The position numbers and the translations under genes are program-made. The notes under the pieces were generated by a model. That model was not told where the DNA came from. It did not search any database and worked only from the letters and a program-made list of their open reading frames with translations. From Nitrospinales bacterium (GTDB taxonomy: Bacteria; Nitrospinota; Nitrospinia; Nitrospinales; VA-1): 64,000 bases of DNA. Below are positions 1 through 8,810 of this stretch, piece by piece; position 1 is the stretch's first letter; every line of letters starts with the position of its first letter. The DNA lies in the NCBI GenBank assembly GCA_965262115.1, contig OZ253496.1, positions 1,184,001 to 1,248,000 on the forward strand. Direction: 5' to 3'.

Positions 1-1263
1 CAAACCATAAGGATCGTTCAAAGTGCAGTTAGAGGCCTCATCCAATTCGCGGTTCACCTGATTTTCAGTGAACGTGGCCTGACCAAACACCAAGTCAGCA
101 GGTTGTCCATTTTCGGTGGGAAGCTCTTTCCAATACAAGACACGGTTATTACCGGTATCGGAGACAAACAACCCAGCTTTGCCGAACGCCACATCAGTAG
201 GAAAATACATGCCATCTGCGGATGGACGATGATGCCCATTGTTCCGGTTCGGCTCGCGGTTGAAAAAATCCTTTTGTCCAAGCACCACATCGGCAACAAC
301 CCCTGTCTCTCTGGGAATTTTATTCCAGATCAACACCCGGTTGTTCCCTTGGTCCACCACAATCACCCGCTCACCCTCGGCATCAAAATGTACGCCTGTT
401 GGAAAGCTGAGTGTGTCCTGACCCACATTATCGAAATCACCCTGGTTGGGCCAGCGTTCATCCATTCCTTTTTGTCCCAGAGAAACGTCGGCGTTCCAAC
501 CGTCACTAAAAGGAATTTTGTTCCAGATTAAAACCCGGTGATTGTCCTTATCCGCGACAAACACATGTTGGTCATCGCCAGAGTGGAGGCCCATGGAGAA
601 AAACAGCGAACCCGAACCGACAAATCCCCGGCGGTTGGCTTCGTTGTCATCCAGGTTATCCTGTCCAAGCACCAGGATCGGAACCTCGCCATCGTCTGAG
701 GGAATCCCATTCCACCTCAATACCCGATGGTTGCCGCTGTCCACCACATAAAGTTTTCCATCGATCACATCAATACCGGCGGGCTGGGAGAGGGTATCTT
801 CTTCCGACTTACTGATAGTGAACCCATCCAGACTTTCGTCGCCCAATCCAGAAGTCATTTCATCCAGAGTTGTGGTCATTCCCCGGTTTTCAAGGCAGTC
901 GGCAAAATCCTCCTGCCCGAGCACCAGTGATGACGGCTCACCATTTTCTTCGGGGAACTGTTCCCAAATCAATACCCGGTGATTTCCTCTGTCAGAGACA
1001 AACAGCATATCGCCATAGACCGCGCAAAATTGAGGTTCACAAAGCGTGTTGTCGCCAGGGTCATCCGCACCCCGATTGGATTGGGACATGGAAAAATCTC
1101 CTTGGCCGATAACCAGAAAAGCACCTGTCTCCAGCACTTCCTCTACAACTGCAACCTCTTCGTCTAACTCATCATCTTCGTCGACTTCATCCAAATCCAT
1201 TTCTTCGTCTTCGGATACACCCAACGAATTCTCGGTATCTTCCATTTCTTTATCATCTGACAT
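1..1263 (-). CDS. NHL-repeat beta-propeller protein with acidic N-terminus (3' end runs off window)
   Basis: Read manually (absent from ORF track): ATG at 1263, MSDDKEMEDTENSLGVSEDEE..., then repeated 'LFVSDRGNHRVLIW / VVDSGNHRVLRW / VADKDNHRVLIW' and 'LVLGQ.DF' motifs; frame open to position 1. Confidence 0.85.
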   Translation of the reverse strand, partial: MSDDKEMEDTENSLGVSEDEEMDLDEVDEDDELDEEVAVVEEVLETGAFLVIGQGDFSMSQSNRGADDPGDNTLCEPQFCAVYGDMLFVSDRGNHRVLIWEQFPEENGEPSSLVLGQEDFADCLENRGMTTTLDEMTSGLGDESLDGFTISKSEEDTLSQPAGIDVIDGKLYVVDSGNHRVLRWNGIPSDDGEVPILVLGQDNLDDNEANRRGFVGSGSLFFSMGLHSGDDQHVFVADKDNHRVLIWNKIPFSDGWNADVSLGQKGMDERWPNQGDFDNVGQDTLSFPTGVHFDAEGERVIVVDQGNNRVLIWNKIPRETGVVADVVLGQKDFFNREPNRNNGHHRPSADGMYFPTDVAFGKAGLFVSDTGNNRVLYWKELPTENGQPADLVFGQATFTENQVNRELDEASNCTLNDPYGL

Positions 1264-1318
1264 GAAACAATTCTCCAAATATATAGATTACCAATTCAAA
1301 CTTTTAATTTCTGTATTG

Positions 1319-1445
1319 CACCCCCTAGCGGGGGAGGCTGTGATATCCCCAACATTACCTTCATGCCCCGAATGGGTAAACTGGCAAGGGCAAATTATCC
1401 AAGATAATTCATTCTCGCCAAACGAGTCATTGCAATCTACCACTG
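1319..1445. repeat. Composite intergenic repeat (module A reversed plus degenerate module B)
   Basis: GGCTGTGATATCCCC...CTTCATGCCCCGAATGGGTAAA followed by CCAAGATAATTCATTCTCGCCAAA..CATTGC; related to copies near 3580-3712, 23640-23745 and 42893-43043. Confidence 0.65.
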
Positions 1446-1458
1446 GCAGTTACGCCAG

Positions 1459-3057
1459 TCAGGGTAATTCCAGCGCCTTAAGTCTTTGCCACATGGAAAT
1501 GACTTTTCGGCCGTTACGATCCTGGTGTTTTCCGTCCCAAATGGCGAACGCCACAAGTACGGGATTTTTTCTTTTAAACTTTATATCCCATTTATTCAAA
1601 GAATCCAAGGTCCGAAAGAACACCACGCTCCATTTTCCCTCTTTCCAAACCCCTTTGCCCAGCACATTCTGCTTGGTTTGAGGCTGGGGAGTCAGCGTCC
1701 CAAACCCTTCTGCATTCAACTCTTCAACAGGAACATCCCTGAATGGATTGAGCGCATCGACCGGGTTGACTTCACCCCCGAAGATCATGGTATCCAAATC
1801 CAGACCTTTGGTGGCGTATTCGAGCTTTTCCTTGGTTTCAATTTCCGTTTGCCAGTCCGCCCGCCACTGCCAGATATTGACCACTTTGCCCCGGTTTCCC
1901 ATGCCAAAGAACGGCTCATTGTGACCGTGTTTGTGTAACAACACCTCGCCCAGAGCAAACTCCATGGCGATGGCGTCCTTAAAATCCTGATGGCGGCTCG
2001 AAGTCCGGTCCGGCTGGGAATCTTCCCACACCAACCGGAAGGCGATTCCCTCATCATTCACGACAGACTGGAACTGAATCTGGTCAACCGGATCCCTGCG
2101 CGCATTAAGAGGCATCGTGTGTATGTTCTGAACCGGAACATTTTCCCACAATGGATTCTCCGGGTCCATGTCAATTTCCTGATCAACGCGATACGTGGTC
2201 AGGTCTATTTCATATTGGGCCGGTTTGAATTTCTCTTTCCTGATTTCAGATTCAAGATAGGAGGACAAATCCCACCGTTCTTCATCCGTCAGGTGATTGT
2301 AAGATTTCATCGGGGTGCCATCGATCCCCGTTGTTAAAATCAGGAACAAGTCTTTCTTATCGAATCCAAATTTAAATGTATTGGGATCGGTCAGGTCATA
2401 AACGAACACTCGATGATCCCAAATATCATAAAGTTCAGCGGCAATGGGCCCGTCGCCCTTTAAATCCGTCCCATGACACCGGGAGCAACGCATTTCCTGA
2501 TAAACCTTCTTACCCCTTTCAACAGATTCGGGGGTGGATGCAGGAACCGCTGGTATCGTTATTGCCTCTTTTGGTTTTTCCTTTTCAAACTTTTTTGAAA
2601 ACGTCTTAATATATTCGACAGCGCCCGAGATTTCATCTTCCGTCAGAGCCCCTCCCCATGAAGGCATGGAAGTACCCGGAACCCCACGACTGATGGTCCG
2701 GTGAATATCCTTGTCCAGGGGAAGCGAACCAAACGGTGTGGTTCGATATTTAAACACACCCTGCCTGAAATCCCTCGGCCATGGATAAAGATAGGCCATG
2801 GCTTTACCTCCGCCATTACCATCATCACCATGGCAAAACACGCACATATGCTTGTAAACCGTGGCACCCAGGCGCAGAAGATCCTTCTCCTGACCGGGTG
2901 AAGATGCCGAACCATGAGCATTTTCCATAGGCCCGTGAGCATACAAAGGCGTTATCCCAAACACCAACCCAAACAGGACCAGAAAAAAAATCAGGCTTTT
3001 TTCGTTAACGCACTCCCAAGCTCGGAGTTGAAAGCGTATAAAGTTCTTCATTGCCAT
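1459..3057 (-). CDS. Di-haem c-type cytochrome fused to an ethylbenzene-dehydrogenase-gamma-like (DOMON) haem-binding domain
   Basis: Hydrophobic N-terminal segment, CVFCH and CSRCH motifs, 'PRDF..G.FKYRTT', C-terminal 'IAFRLVWED..FKDAIAMEF..MG..VNIWQWRA..VAFAIWDG..RNGRK'. Exact start uncertain. Confidence 0.85.
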   Translation of the reverse strand: MAMKNFIRFQLRAWECVNEKSLIFFLVLFGLVFGITPLYAHGPMENAHGSASSPGQEKDLLRLGATVYKHMCVFCHGDDGNGGGKAMAYLYPWPRDFRQGVFKYRTTPFGSLPLDKDIHRTISRGVPGTSMPSWGGALTEDEISGAVEYIKTFSKKFEKEKPKEAITIPAVPASTPESVERGKKVYQEMRCSRCHGTDLKGDGPIAAELYDIWDHRVFVYDLTDPNTFKFGFDKKDLFLILTTGIDGTPMKSYNHLTDEERWDLSSYLESEIRKEKFKPAQYEIDLTTYRVDQEIDMDPENPLWENVPVQNIHTMPLNARRDPVDQIQFQSVVNDEGIAFRLVWEDSQPDRTSSRHQDFKDAIAMEFALGEVLLHKHGHNEPFFGMGNRGKVVNIWQWRADWQTEIETKEKLEYATKGLDLDTMIFGGEVNPVDALNPFRDVPVEELNAEGFGTLTPQPQTKQNVLGKGVWKEGKWSVVFFRTLDSLNKWDIKFKRKNPVLVAFAIWDGKHQDRNGRKVISMWQRLKALELP

Positions 3058-3478
3058 TTAAACCATCTTCCGCGACATCCACCCAGATATCATTGCAGTT
3101 GCGTTTCGAATCAACACCTTTGCAATAAAAGAGCGGATTGCGATTGGCAAAAAACACCACCGGATGGGAAAAGTAAACACTCAAGTTATCGAACTTGGCA
3201 ATCTCAATGGCCTGCTCTATCGTAGTCTCTTCAGCTGAGGCCTTGCGGATCACTTTTCGAATGACCATATAATCCAGCTTGCCTTCCCGATCCAAATCGT
3301 AGTAGGTAGAAATCAAACCGGGCACACTCAACGATTCCCAACCGCGATAGGAGGGGTGATTCCAACCAGGTTCTTTGGGAATTCCAAGATTTGACAAACC
3401 GGGGTCATCCTGCGCCCAGACCAAAACCGGCCCGAAAACAAATAAAATCAAGACAATGAGCAGACCTGGCTTTCTCAA
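3005..3478 (-). CDS. Exported hypothetical protein
   Basis: 157-aa ORF with signal peptide (VLVWA/QD) and AGGA-type RBS upstream. Confidence 0.7.
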   Translation of the reverse strand: MRKPGLLIVLILFVFGPVLVWAQDDPGLSNLGIPKEPGWNHPSYRGWESLSVPGLISTYYDLDREGKLDYMVIRKVIRKASAEETTIEQAIEIAKFDNLSVYFSHPVVFFANRNPLFYCKGVDSKRNCNDIWVDVAEDGLNGNEELYTLSTPSLGVR

Positions 3479-3579
3479 TATCCTACCTACTTTGATCGGA
3501 CGCCAAAAGCCGCCCTACCTTCTTTTGTAAAGGTTTAATACTCTTAACCTAACACATTTCGATAATCAATCAAAAGCCT

Positions 3580-3712
3580 AATCCCCACTCGGCGTACCCC
3601 TTCGGGGCATGAAGGCTGACGAGGGGCATAACATGCTGCCAACGAGCAACCGACGAGCCGCCGAGGGCAACTAGCAATAACTCAGTCTGGCTAGAAAAGG
3701 CTTGTCTCGGCT
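3580..3712. repeat. Composite intergenic repeat (module A TACCCCTTCGGGGCATGAA plus reversed module B)
   Basis: TACCCCTTCGGGGCATG at 3595-3611; GCAATAACTCAGTCTGGCTAGAAAAGGCTTGTCTCGGC is the reverse complement of a module-B-like sequence. Confidence 0.7.
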
Positions 3713-3733
3713 GCATGGGCCATGGCTTGCCAG

Positions 3734-4099
3734 TTATTCCATCGCCTTCGGAACATCGGAGAAGATTTGAAAAACATCGTGTAGCTTGGCCATGTCGAAA
3801 ACCTCTTTGGGGGCACCTTGAAGGCCGACCAGAACAAACCGGCCCTCATCTTTAAGCGTCTGATAGCAACGAATAAAAACACTGATGGTTGAGCTGTCGA
3901 GATAAGTGACTTTTTCCAGATTCATAATGAATTTGTTGAAACCCCTTTTCCGATACGCGTCCACAAGAAGGTTGAGTTCCTGGGAATTGTAAACATCCAA
4001 CTGGCCAGCAAGATCGATGCTGAGGGTGTCTTTTTCATCCCTGCAATCGGTATCAATTTTTCCCATTAACCCCAAAATCTCTTTATGTATTTTTTCCAT
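3734..4099 (-). CDS. STAS-domain anti-sigma-factor antagonist
   Basis: 'G.LD..', 'MNLEKVTYLDSSTISVF', 'PKEVFDMAKLHDVFQIF'. Confidence 0.9.
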   Translation of the reverse strand: MEKIHKEILGLMGKIDTDCRDEKDTLSIDLAGQLDVYNSQELNLLVDAYRKRGFNKFIMNLEKVTYLDSSTISVFIRCYQTLKDEGRFVLVGLQGAPKEVFDMAKLHDVFQIFSDVPKAME

Positions 4100-4144
4100 G
4101 AAAACAACCTTTAAATTGGAAAGTTCCAGCAGAATTCTAACGGA

Positions 4145-4582
4145 TTAAAACTGTTTTTCATAATGTTTCGGATCGGTACTGCGGGGTTCGCAGTCATGCC
4201 AATAGTTTTTCTTTTCCGGCTCAATTTTTCGTGTTGAAGGATTCTCCCTAAACAAGGATCCTCCCTAAACAATGAAGCCACCATACGAATCAGAGTGAAT
4301 AAGACAAGATAACACCAACCCCAGAATCAGTTTGAAATTAAAGTTACCCACCACTTCCCCGAATTTCATCCAGGCCCGGTGAACCGGCTCCAACCGGGCG
4401 GGAGCAAGCAGTCCCAGTATCAGGAAAAACAGCACCCAGACTGCCAGCGCCATTCCTGCAGTGTCCCAGGCCTTATAAAGAAAAAGCGCCACGAAACAGG
4501 AAAGTACTCCGGCCATCATCAAGCCGTATTGCTTCAGCTGTTTTTCGGTGGGCTCAGAATGATTCACTAGTATTCGCTCCAA
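4145..4582 (-). pseudogene. SxtJ-family membrane protein, frameshifted
   Basis: N-part 'LEPVHRAWMKFGEVVG..ILGLV'; family-like C-terminus 'LFRENPSTRKIEPEKKNYWHDCEPRSTDPKHYEKQF*' lies in another frame ending at 4145, after an indel and a 17-bp tandem duplication at 4239-4272. Confidence 0.75.
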
Positions 4583-4611
4583 AACTTTAAGAAATTTAAA
4601 TTACCAGAAAA

Positions 4612-5355
4612 TTAGTCGCCTGCGTAGAGAGAATTTAACTCTGCCTCACTCAGATCACCGGCAGACCCATCATAAACGATTCGTCCTTCGCTTAAGGCAA
4701 GAATTCTCGAGCCAAATTCCCGCGCCAGTGCGGGCAGGTGCAGATTGCACAACAGGGTCACGCCATCTTTTTCATTGAATTCTGCCAGGAGTTCCATGAT
4801 CTGCCTGGATGAGGCCGGGTCCAGGCTGGATACCGGCTCATCGGCAAGAATCAGTTCCGGCCCCTGCATCAAGGCACGGGCCAATCCCACCCGTTGCTGT
4901 TGTCCGCCGCTGAGTTCTTCTGACCGGTGAGAATATTTGTCGGCAAGACCCAGCCGGTCGAGAACCTGACGGGAACGCGCCACATCTTCGTCTGAAAAAC
5001 AGTTCACTATGGAAGCGAGGGATGAAGTCCAGGCCAACCGACCCATCAGGGCTTTGGATTGAACCGAGTATCGCGGGATGAGGTTGTACTGCTGAAAAAT
5101 CATCCCGGTTTTTTTTCTGATCTCCCGTAACCTTTTCGGCGAGGCGCCGGTGACTTCTTCCCCATCCAGAAAAATTTTTCCAGAACTGGGTTCTACGAGG
5201 CGGTTGATGCATCGCATGAGAGTAGATTTTCCCGAACCGCTTTTACCCAGTACCACGACAAATTCTCCCCACTCCACGGAAAAGGAAACATTCCTCAAAG
5301 CAACGGTGCCATTTTCATAGGTTTTACTGAGTCCATCTATTTTCAACATCGTCAT
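4612..5355 (-). CDS. phnC: Phosphonate/phosphite ABC transporter ATP-binding protein
   Basis: Walker A GKSGSGKST, 'GMIFQQYNL', LSGGQQQRV, 'ILADEPVSSLDP', 'LCNLH'; overlaps phnD. Confidence 0.9.
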   Translation of the reverse strand: MTMLKIDGLSKTYENGTVALRNVSFSVEWGEFVVVLGKSGSGKSTLMRCINRLVEPSSGKIFLDGEEVTGASPKRLREIRKKTGMIFQQYNLIPRYSVQSKALMGRLAWTSSLASIVNCFSDEDVARSRQVLDRLGLADKYSHRSEELSGGQQQRVGLARALMQGPELILADEPVSSLDPASSRQIMELLAEFNEKDGVTLLCNLHLPALAREFGSRILALSEGRIVYDGSAGDLSEAELNSLYAGD

Positions 5356-6242
5356 TTGTCGCCCAGATTCAAATTCAACAAACGCCCCGCTTCCCGAACC
5401 GGGTCGAACAAGCCATCCAGATCGGTGAACCCACTGATGCCATAGAGTTTCTTGAGAATCTTACTGCCCCTGGGCGAATGCGACATTTTTTTAAGTCCTT
5501 CGCAGATTTCCAGTTTTAACTCTTCGGGCAGTTCCTTGCGGACAGAAACCGTGTCGTTGGGAATCTCTTTGGTGTAGGCAATGACCTTGATCTTGTCAAA
5601 AACATCCGGAAAGGTTTTAGCCACAGCTGATCGAGAACCTTCATAAGCCGCCCCGCCATCGACCTCGCCTTTATATAAGGAAAGAACCACCGCGTTATGC
5701 GACCCGACAAAAACACTTTTCTTGAAAAAATGTTCGGGATCAAATCCTTGTGAGAGAAGCAGGGTTTTAGGATACAAATGGCCGGATGTGGAAGCCGGGT
5801 CGACAAAAGCAAAACGCTTTCCTTTCAGTCCGGCAAGGTCCTGAATGCCGCTATCGGCCCGAACCATGATCTGGCCGCGGTAAAAAGGACTGCCAAACCT
5901 TTGCACCACCAGCAAAAGCTCCACCCCATATTTATCATGCGCCAGTACATAGCTGAAAGCCGCCAGCCAGCCGATATCCACCTTTCCTGCACCCATCGCC
6001 TCAATGACCGCCGCATAACTGGTCGCGACCGAAGTTTTAAAATGCAGTCCGGTCGCTGTTTGCAGAAGCTGACCGATTTCCCGGCCACCCTTCAGGATCA
6101 CCTGCGCATCGCCGGAAGGCACGAACATCATTCGCAGTGGATTTTCAGCACTGCCCAAAGATTGCGCCTCGGATGCAAGGGGCAACACCAACCAGAACAG
6201 AAGAAAAGTTTGCAATGAAAGAGGAACCCGGCGGGTGATCAA
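5352..6242 (-). CDS. phnD: Phosphate/phosphite/phosphonate ABC substrate-binding protein
   Basis: Signal peptide, 'SYAAVIEAMGAGKVD', 'FAFVDPASTSGHLYP', 'GSHNAV', 'IPND'. Confidence 0.88.
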   Translation of the reverse strand: MITRRVPLSLQTFLLFWLVLPLASEAQSLGSAENPLRMMFVPSGDAQVILKGGREIGQLLQTATGLHFKTSVATSYAAVIEAMGAGKVDIGWLAAFSYVLAHDKYGVELLLVVQRFGSPFYRGQIMVRADSGIQDLAGLKGKRFAFVDPASTSGHLYPKTLLLSQGFDPEHFFKKSVFVGSHNAVVLSLYKGEVDGGAAYEGSRSAVAKTFPDVFDKIKVIAYTKEIPNDTVSVRKELPEELKLEICEGLKKMSHSPRGSKILKKLYGISGFTDLDGLFDPVREAGRLLNLNLGDK

Positions 6243-6310
6243 GGAAGACTCCGGCGAAGAATTAAGTCAGATCTATTATAGCATTTTGGCCGAGCCGGAA
6301 AAAATGGCAC

Positions 6311-6349
6311 AAAAAAAGGGGTAAACCGCATGAGCGGCTTACCCCTTTT
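6311..6349 (-). terminator. Rho-independent terminator downstream of cytochrome c gene
   Basis: AAAAAAAGGGGTAA-ACCGC-ATGA-GCGG-CTTACCCCTTTT hairpin with A/T tracts. Confidence 0.8.
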
Positions 6350-6362
6350 AAAAAAACTTACC

Positions 6363-6797
6363 TTATTTTACAAAGGTACTGCGGATGTATTTAACAACAT
6401 CCCAGATTTCTTTGTCTTTCAAGGTCTTTTTATGAGCCGCCATACCGGTTCCCTTAGAACCATTTTTGATGATATGGAACATCTGGCCGGCAGAAACTTT
6501 TTTCATCGTTGCAGCACAAACAAAGTTACGCGGAGCAGGCTTCAGGGCTTTGCCCAATTTTCCACCGCCATCGCCTTTGTCACCATGACACATTTTACAA
6601 GCCATCGGTTTGGCTTTTTTCATGTAAATCGCTTTACCGTTTGCCACATCCGCCTTCGCGGTCATATCCTTCTTACCAATAGCACCAGGAGCTGATTTGG
6701 TTTTCCGCACTTGCGGACATTTGGCAGCTGCAAACGTAGAGCTCACTGCAACCAAGCTGAAAATAACCATCACACTCAGTATCAAAGCCTTTTTCAT
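6363..6797 (-). CDS. Periplasmic mono-haem cytochrome c
   Basis: Signal peptide, CKMCH, 'PAPRNF', distal Met in 'GTGM'; GGAGG RBS. Confidence 0.92.
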   Translation of the reverse strand: MKKALILSVMVIFSLVAVSSTFAAAKCPQVRKTKSAPGAIGKKDMTAKADVANGKAIYMKKAKPMACKMCHGDKGDGGGKLGKALKPAPRNFVCAATMKKVSAGQMFHIIKNGSKGTGMAAHKKTLKDKEIWDVVKYIRSTFVK

Positions 6798-7206
6798 CTA
6801 ACAACCTCCTCTTAATTAGTGAATTGAACCTAAAATTATCACTCCAACCTTAAAATCGGGTCTGACCTTTCAAATTATTACCAGCTGGGTTCAAGGCAAG
6901 GAAACAACAAACCTCAAAAAATCAAAACCTTAAACCTTCGTCAGTGATTTACTTCCGCAAAAATTCGCATTTTAAAAAAGAGCACCGCATTATAATCCAT
7001 TCCAATACCCTGTCAACAGAAAATTCCCGGGCTGAAAACAGAGCGTCACACCTTGACATTCATCAAAAATCCAATCCTTTTTCCCCCGGTTTCAGGTCAG
7101 CCCCATGGGGTTTTTCCATTTTTTCGACAAGCCCGTTAATCCATTGAAAATAATTGAATAATTTTATTTTTAATGGCTGAACCCATCACTATCGGGCCAA
7201 TTTTTC

Positions 7207-7235
7207 TTGATAGCCCTGCCCGAATAATGTATATT
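7207..7235 (+). promoter_or_regulatory. Putative sigma70 promoter for the KamA-family gene
   Basis: TTGATA-N17-TATATT about 330 nt upstream of ATG 7568. Confidence 0.45.
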
Positions 7236-7567
7236 CAGACCATAGTCGATGTTGATTAAGAATTTTCGCGGTTTCAGGCTTCAAAGCTCTTGGAATTTGG
7301 CTGTCGCGACGGTGGCCCGGTATGGGGCCTCAAAACAATCTGTTTTGAGGGGGCATTCCTCTTGAAACAGTGCGTGAGGTCATTGCTTTCAAAGGCCATC
7401 TTAAATAATCCCCCCCCCAAAAATACAGATGTTCTTATAACTTTTCAACTTTGAGAAGCACAGGGAATTGTTGTCGATGGGCAGGGCGGATCGAAAGGTT
7501 TAAAATCATGAAATCCGCCAGATATCAGTAAGTTGCAAATATTAATTATTTTAATTGGGGGTGAGAG

Positions 7568-8731
7568 ATGAATATTTTGTTTAAACACCTCAATCCAGAT
7601 AAGAAAAAGCCCAAGTATTTAACCAAGCTTGACCAGATCCCCCAGTTGACCGAATCTGAAAAACGGGAACTGCAAAAAGTTAACGATAAGTTTGTATTCC
7701 GCACCAATGATTATTATCAGTCGCTGATTGATTGGGATGACCCTAATGATCCGATCAAACGGATCATCATGCCGGATGTTCAGGAACTCAGCGAGTGGGG
7801 CGAACTGGATGCCTCCAACGAAGAAAAATACACCAAAGTTCGCGGCTTGGAACATAAATATACCTCCACGGCTCTGCTTTTGGTCAACGAGGTTTGTGCC
7901 GCCTATTGCCGGTTCTGTTTTCGCAAACGCCTGTTCATGAATGAAAACGATGAGGTGACCAAAGACATCTCCGAGGGACTGGAATACATCAAAAATAACA
8001 AACAGATTAGTAACGTGCTACTGACCGGTGGCGATCCTCTGGTTATGTCCACCAGCAAGCTCGAACCCATCATCAAGCAACTTCGTGAGATCGACCATGT
8101 CAAGATTATCCGGATCGGTACCAAGGTTCCGGCTTTTAATCCTTTCAGAATATTGAATGATCCCTCTTTGCTGGAAATGTTCAAAACCTACAGCACGAGC
8201 GAAAAGAAAATCTACGTCATGGCGCATTTCAATCACCCGAGGGAGCTCACTCCGGAGGCCATTGAAGGCTTGAACCTGCTATTGAAGTCGGGAGTTTCGC
8301 TGGTCAACCAAACTCCTTTGGTACAAGGCGTCAACGATGACCCGGAAGTGCTTGCAGAATTGTTTTCTAAACTTTCCTATATTGGCGTTCCCCCGTATTA
8401 TGTCTTTCTGTGCCGCCCCACTCTGGGCAACGAAACTTACTCTGTACCGGTTGAACGTGGCTACGAAATATTTGAAAAGTCCAAGACCCTTTGTTCAGGT
8501 CTGGCCAAGCGTGCACGTCTGGTCATGTCGCATGAGTCCGGCAAAATTGAAGTGGTTGGAATGACCGAAGATCAGATTTTTTTCAAATATGCCCGAGCCG
8601 CAGAAGATAATAACAACGCCCGATTTCTGGCCTTTTACAGAAACCCCAAAGCCTGCTGGTTTGATGATTATCAGGAAACGCTGGATGAGTTTTCCTTATT
8701 TTCCGAGACTGCTAAAGCCGACTGCCTCTGA
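7568..8731 (+). CDS. KamA-family radical SAM protein (lysine 2,3-aminomutase-like)
   Basis: 'GLEHKY', CAAYCRFCFRK, 'VLLTGGDPL', 'HFNHPRE', 'NQTPL..GVNDD'. Confidence 0.92.
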   Translation: MNILFKHLNPDKKKPKYLTKLDQIPQLTESEKRELQKVNDKFVFRTNDYYQSLIDWDDPNDPIKRIIMPDVQELSEWGELDASNEEKYTKVRGLEHKYTSTALLLVNEVCAAYCRFCFRKRLFMNENDEVTKDISEGLEYIKNNKQISNVLLTGGDPLVMSTSKLEPIIKQLREIDHVKIIRIGTKVPAFNPFRILNDPSLLEMFKTYSTSEKKIYVMAHFNHPRELTPEAIEGLNLLLKSGVSLVNQTPLVQGVNDDPEVLAELFSKLSYIGVPPYYVFLCRPTLGNETYSVPVERGYEIFEKSKTLCSGLAKRARLVMSHESGKIEVVGMTEDQIFFKYARAAEDNNNARFLAFYRNPKACWFDDYQETLDEFSLFSETAKADCL

Positions 8732-8810
8732 ATCTCAAGGTTTACGCCTGAAGCAAGAAAACCACAACCTGCCTGTCATAGAAACCTAACCCTCTATTCA
8801 TTTTCAAAAA

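Noticed and set aside
1046..1681. 211-aa Ser-rich plus-strand ORF
   Set aside because: Antisense shadow of the acidic N-terminus of the NHL protein and the cytochrome 3' end.
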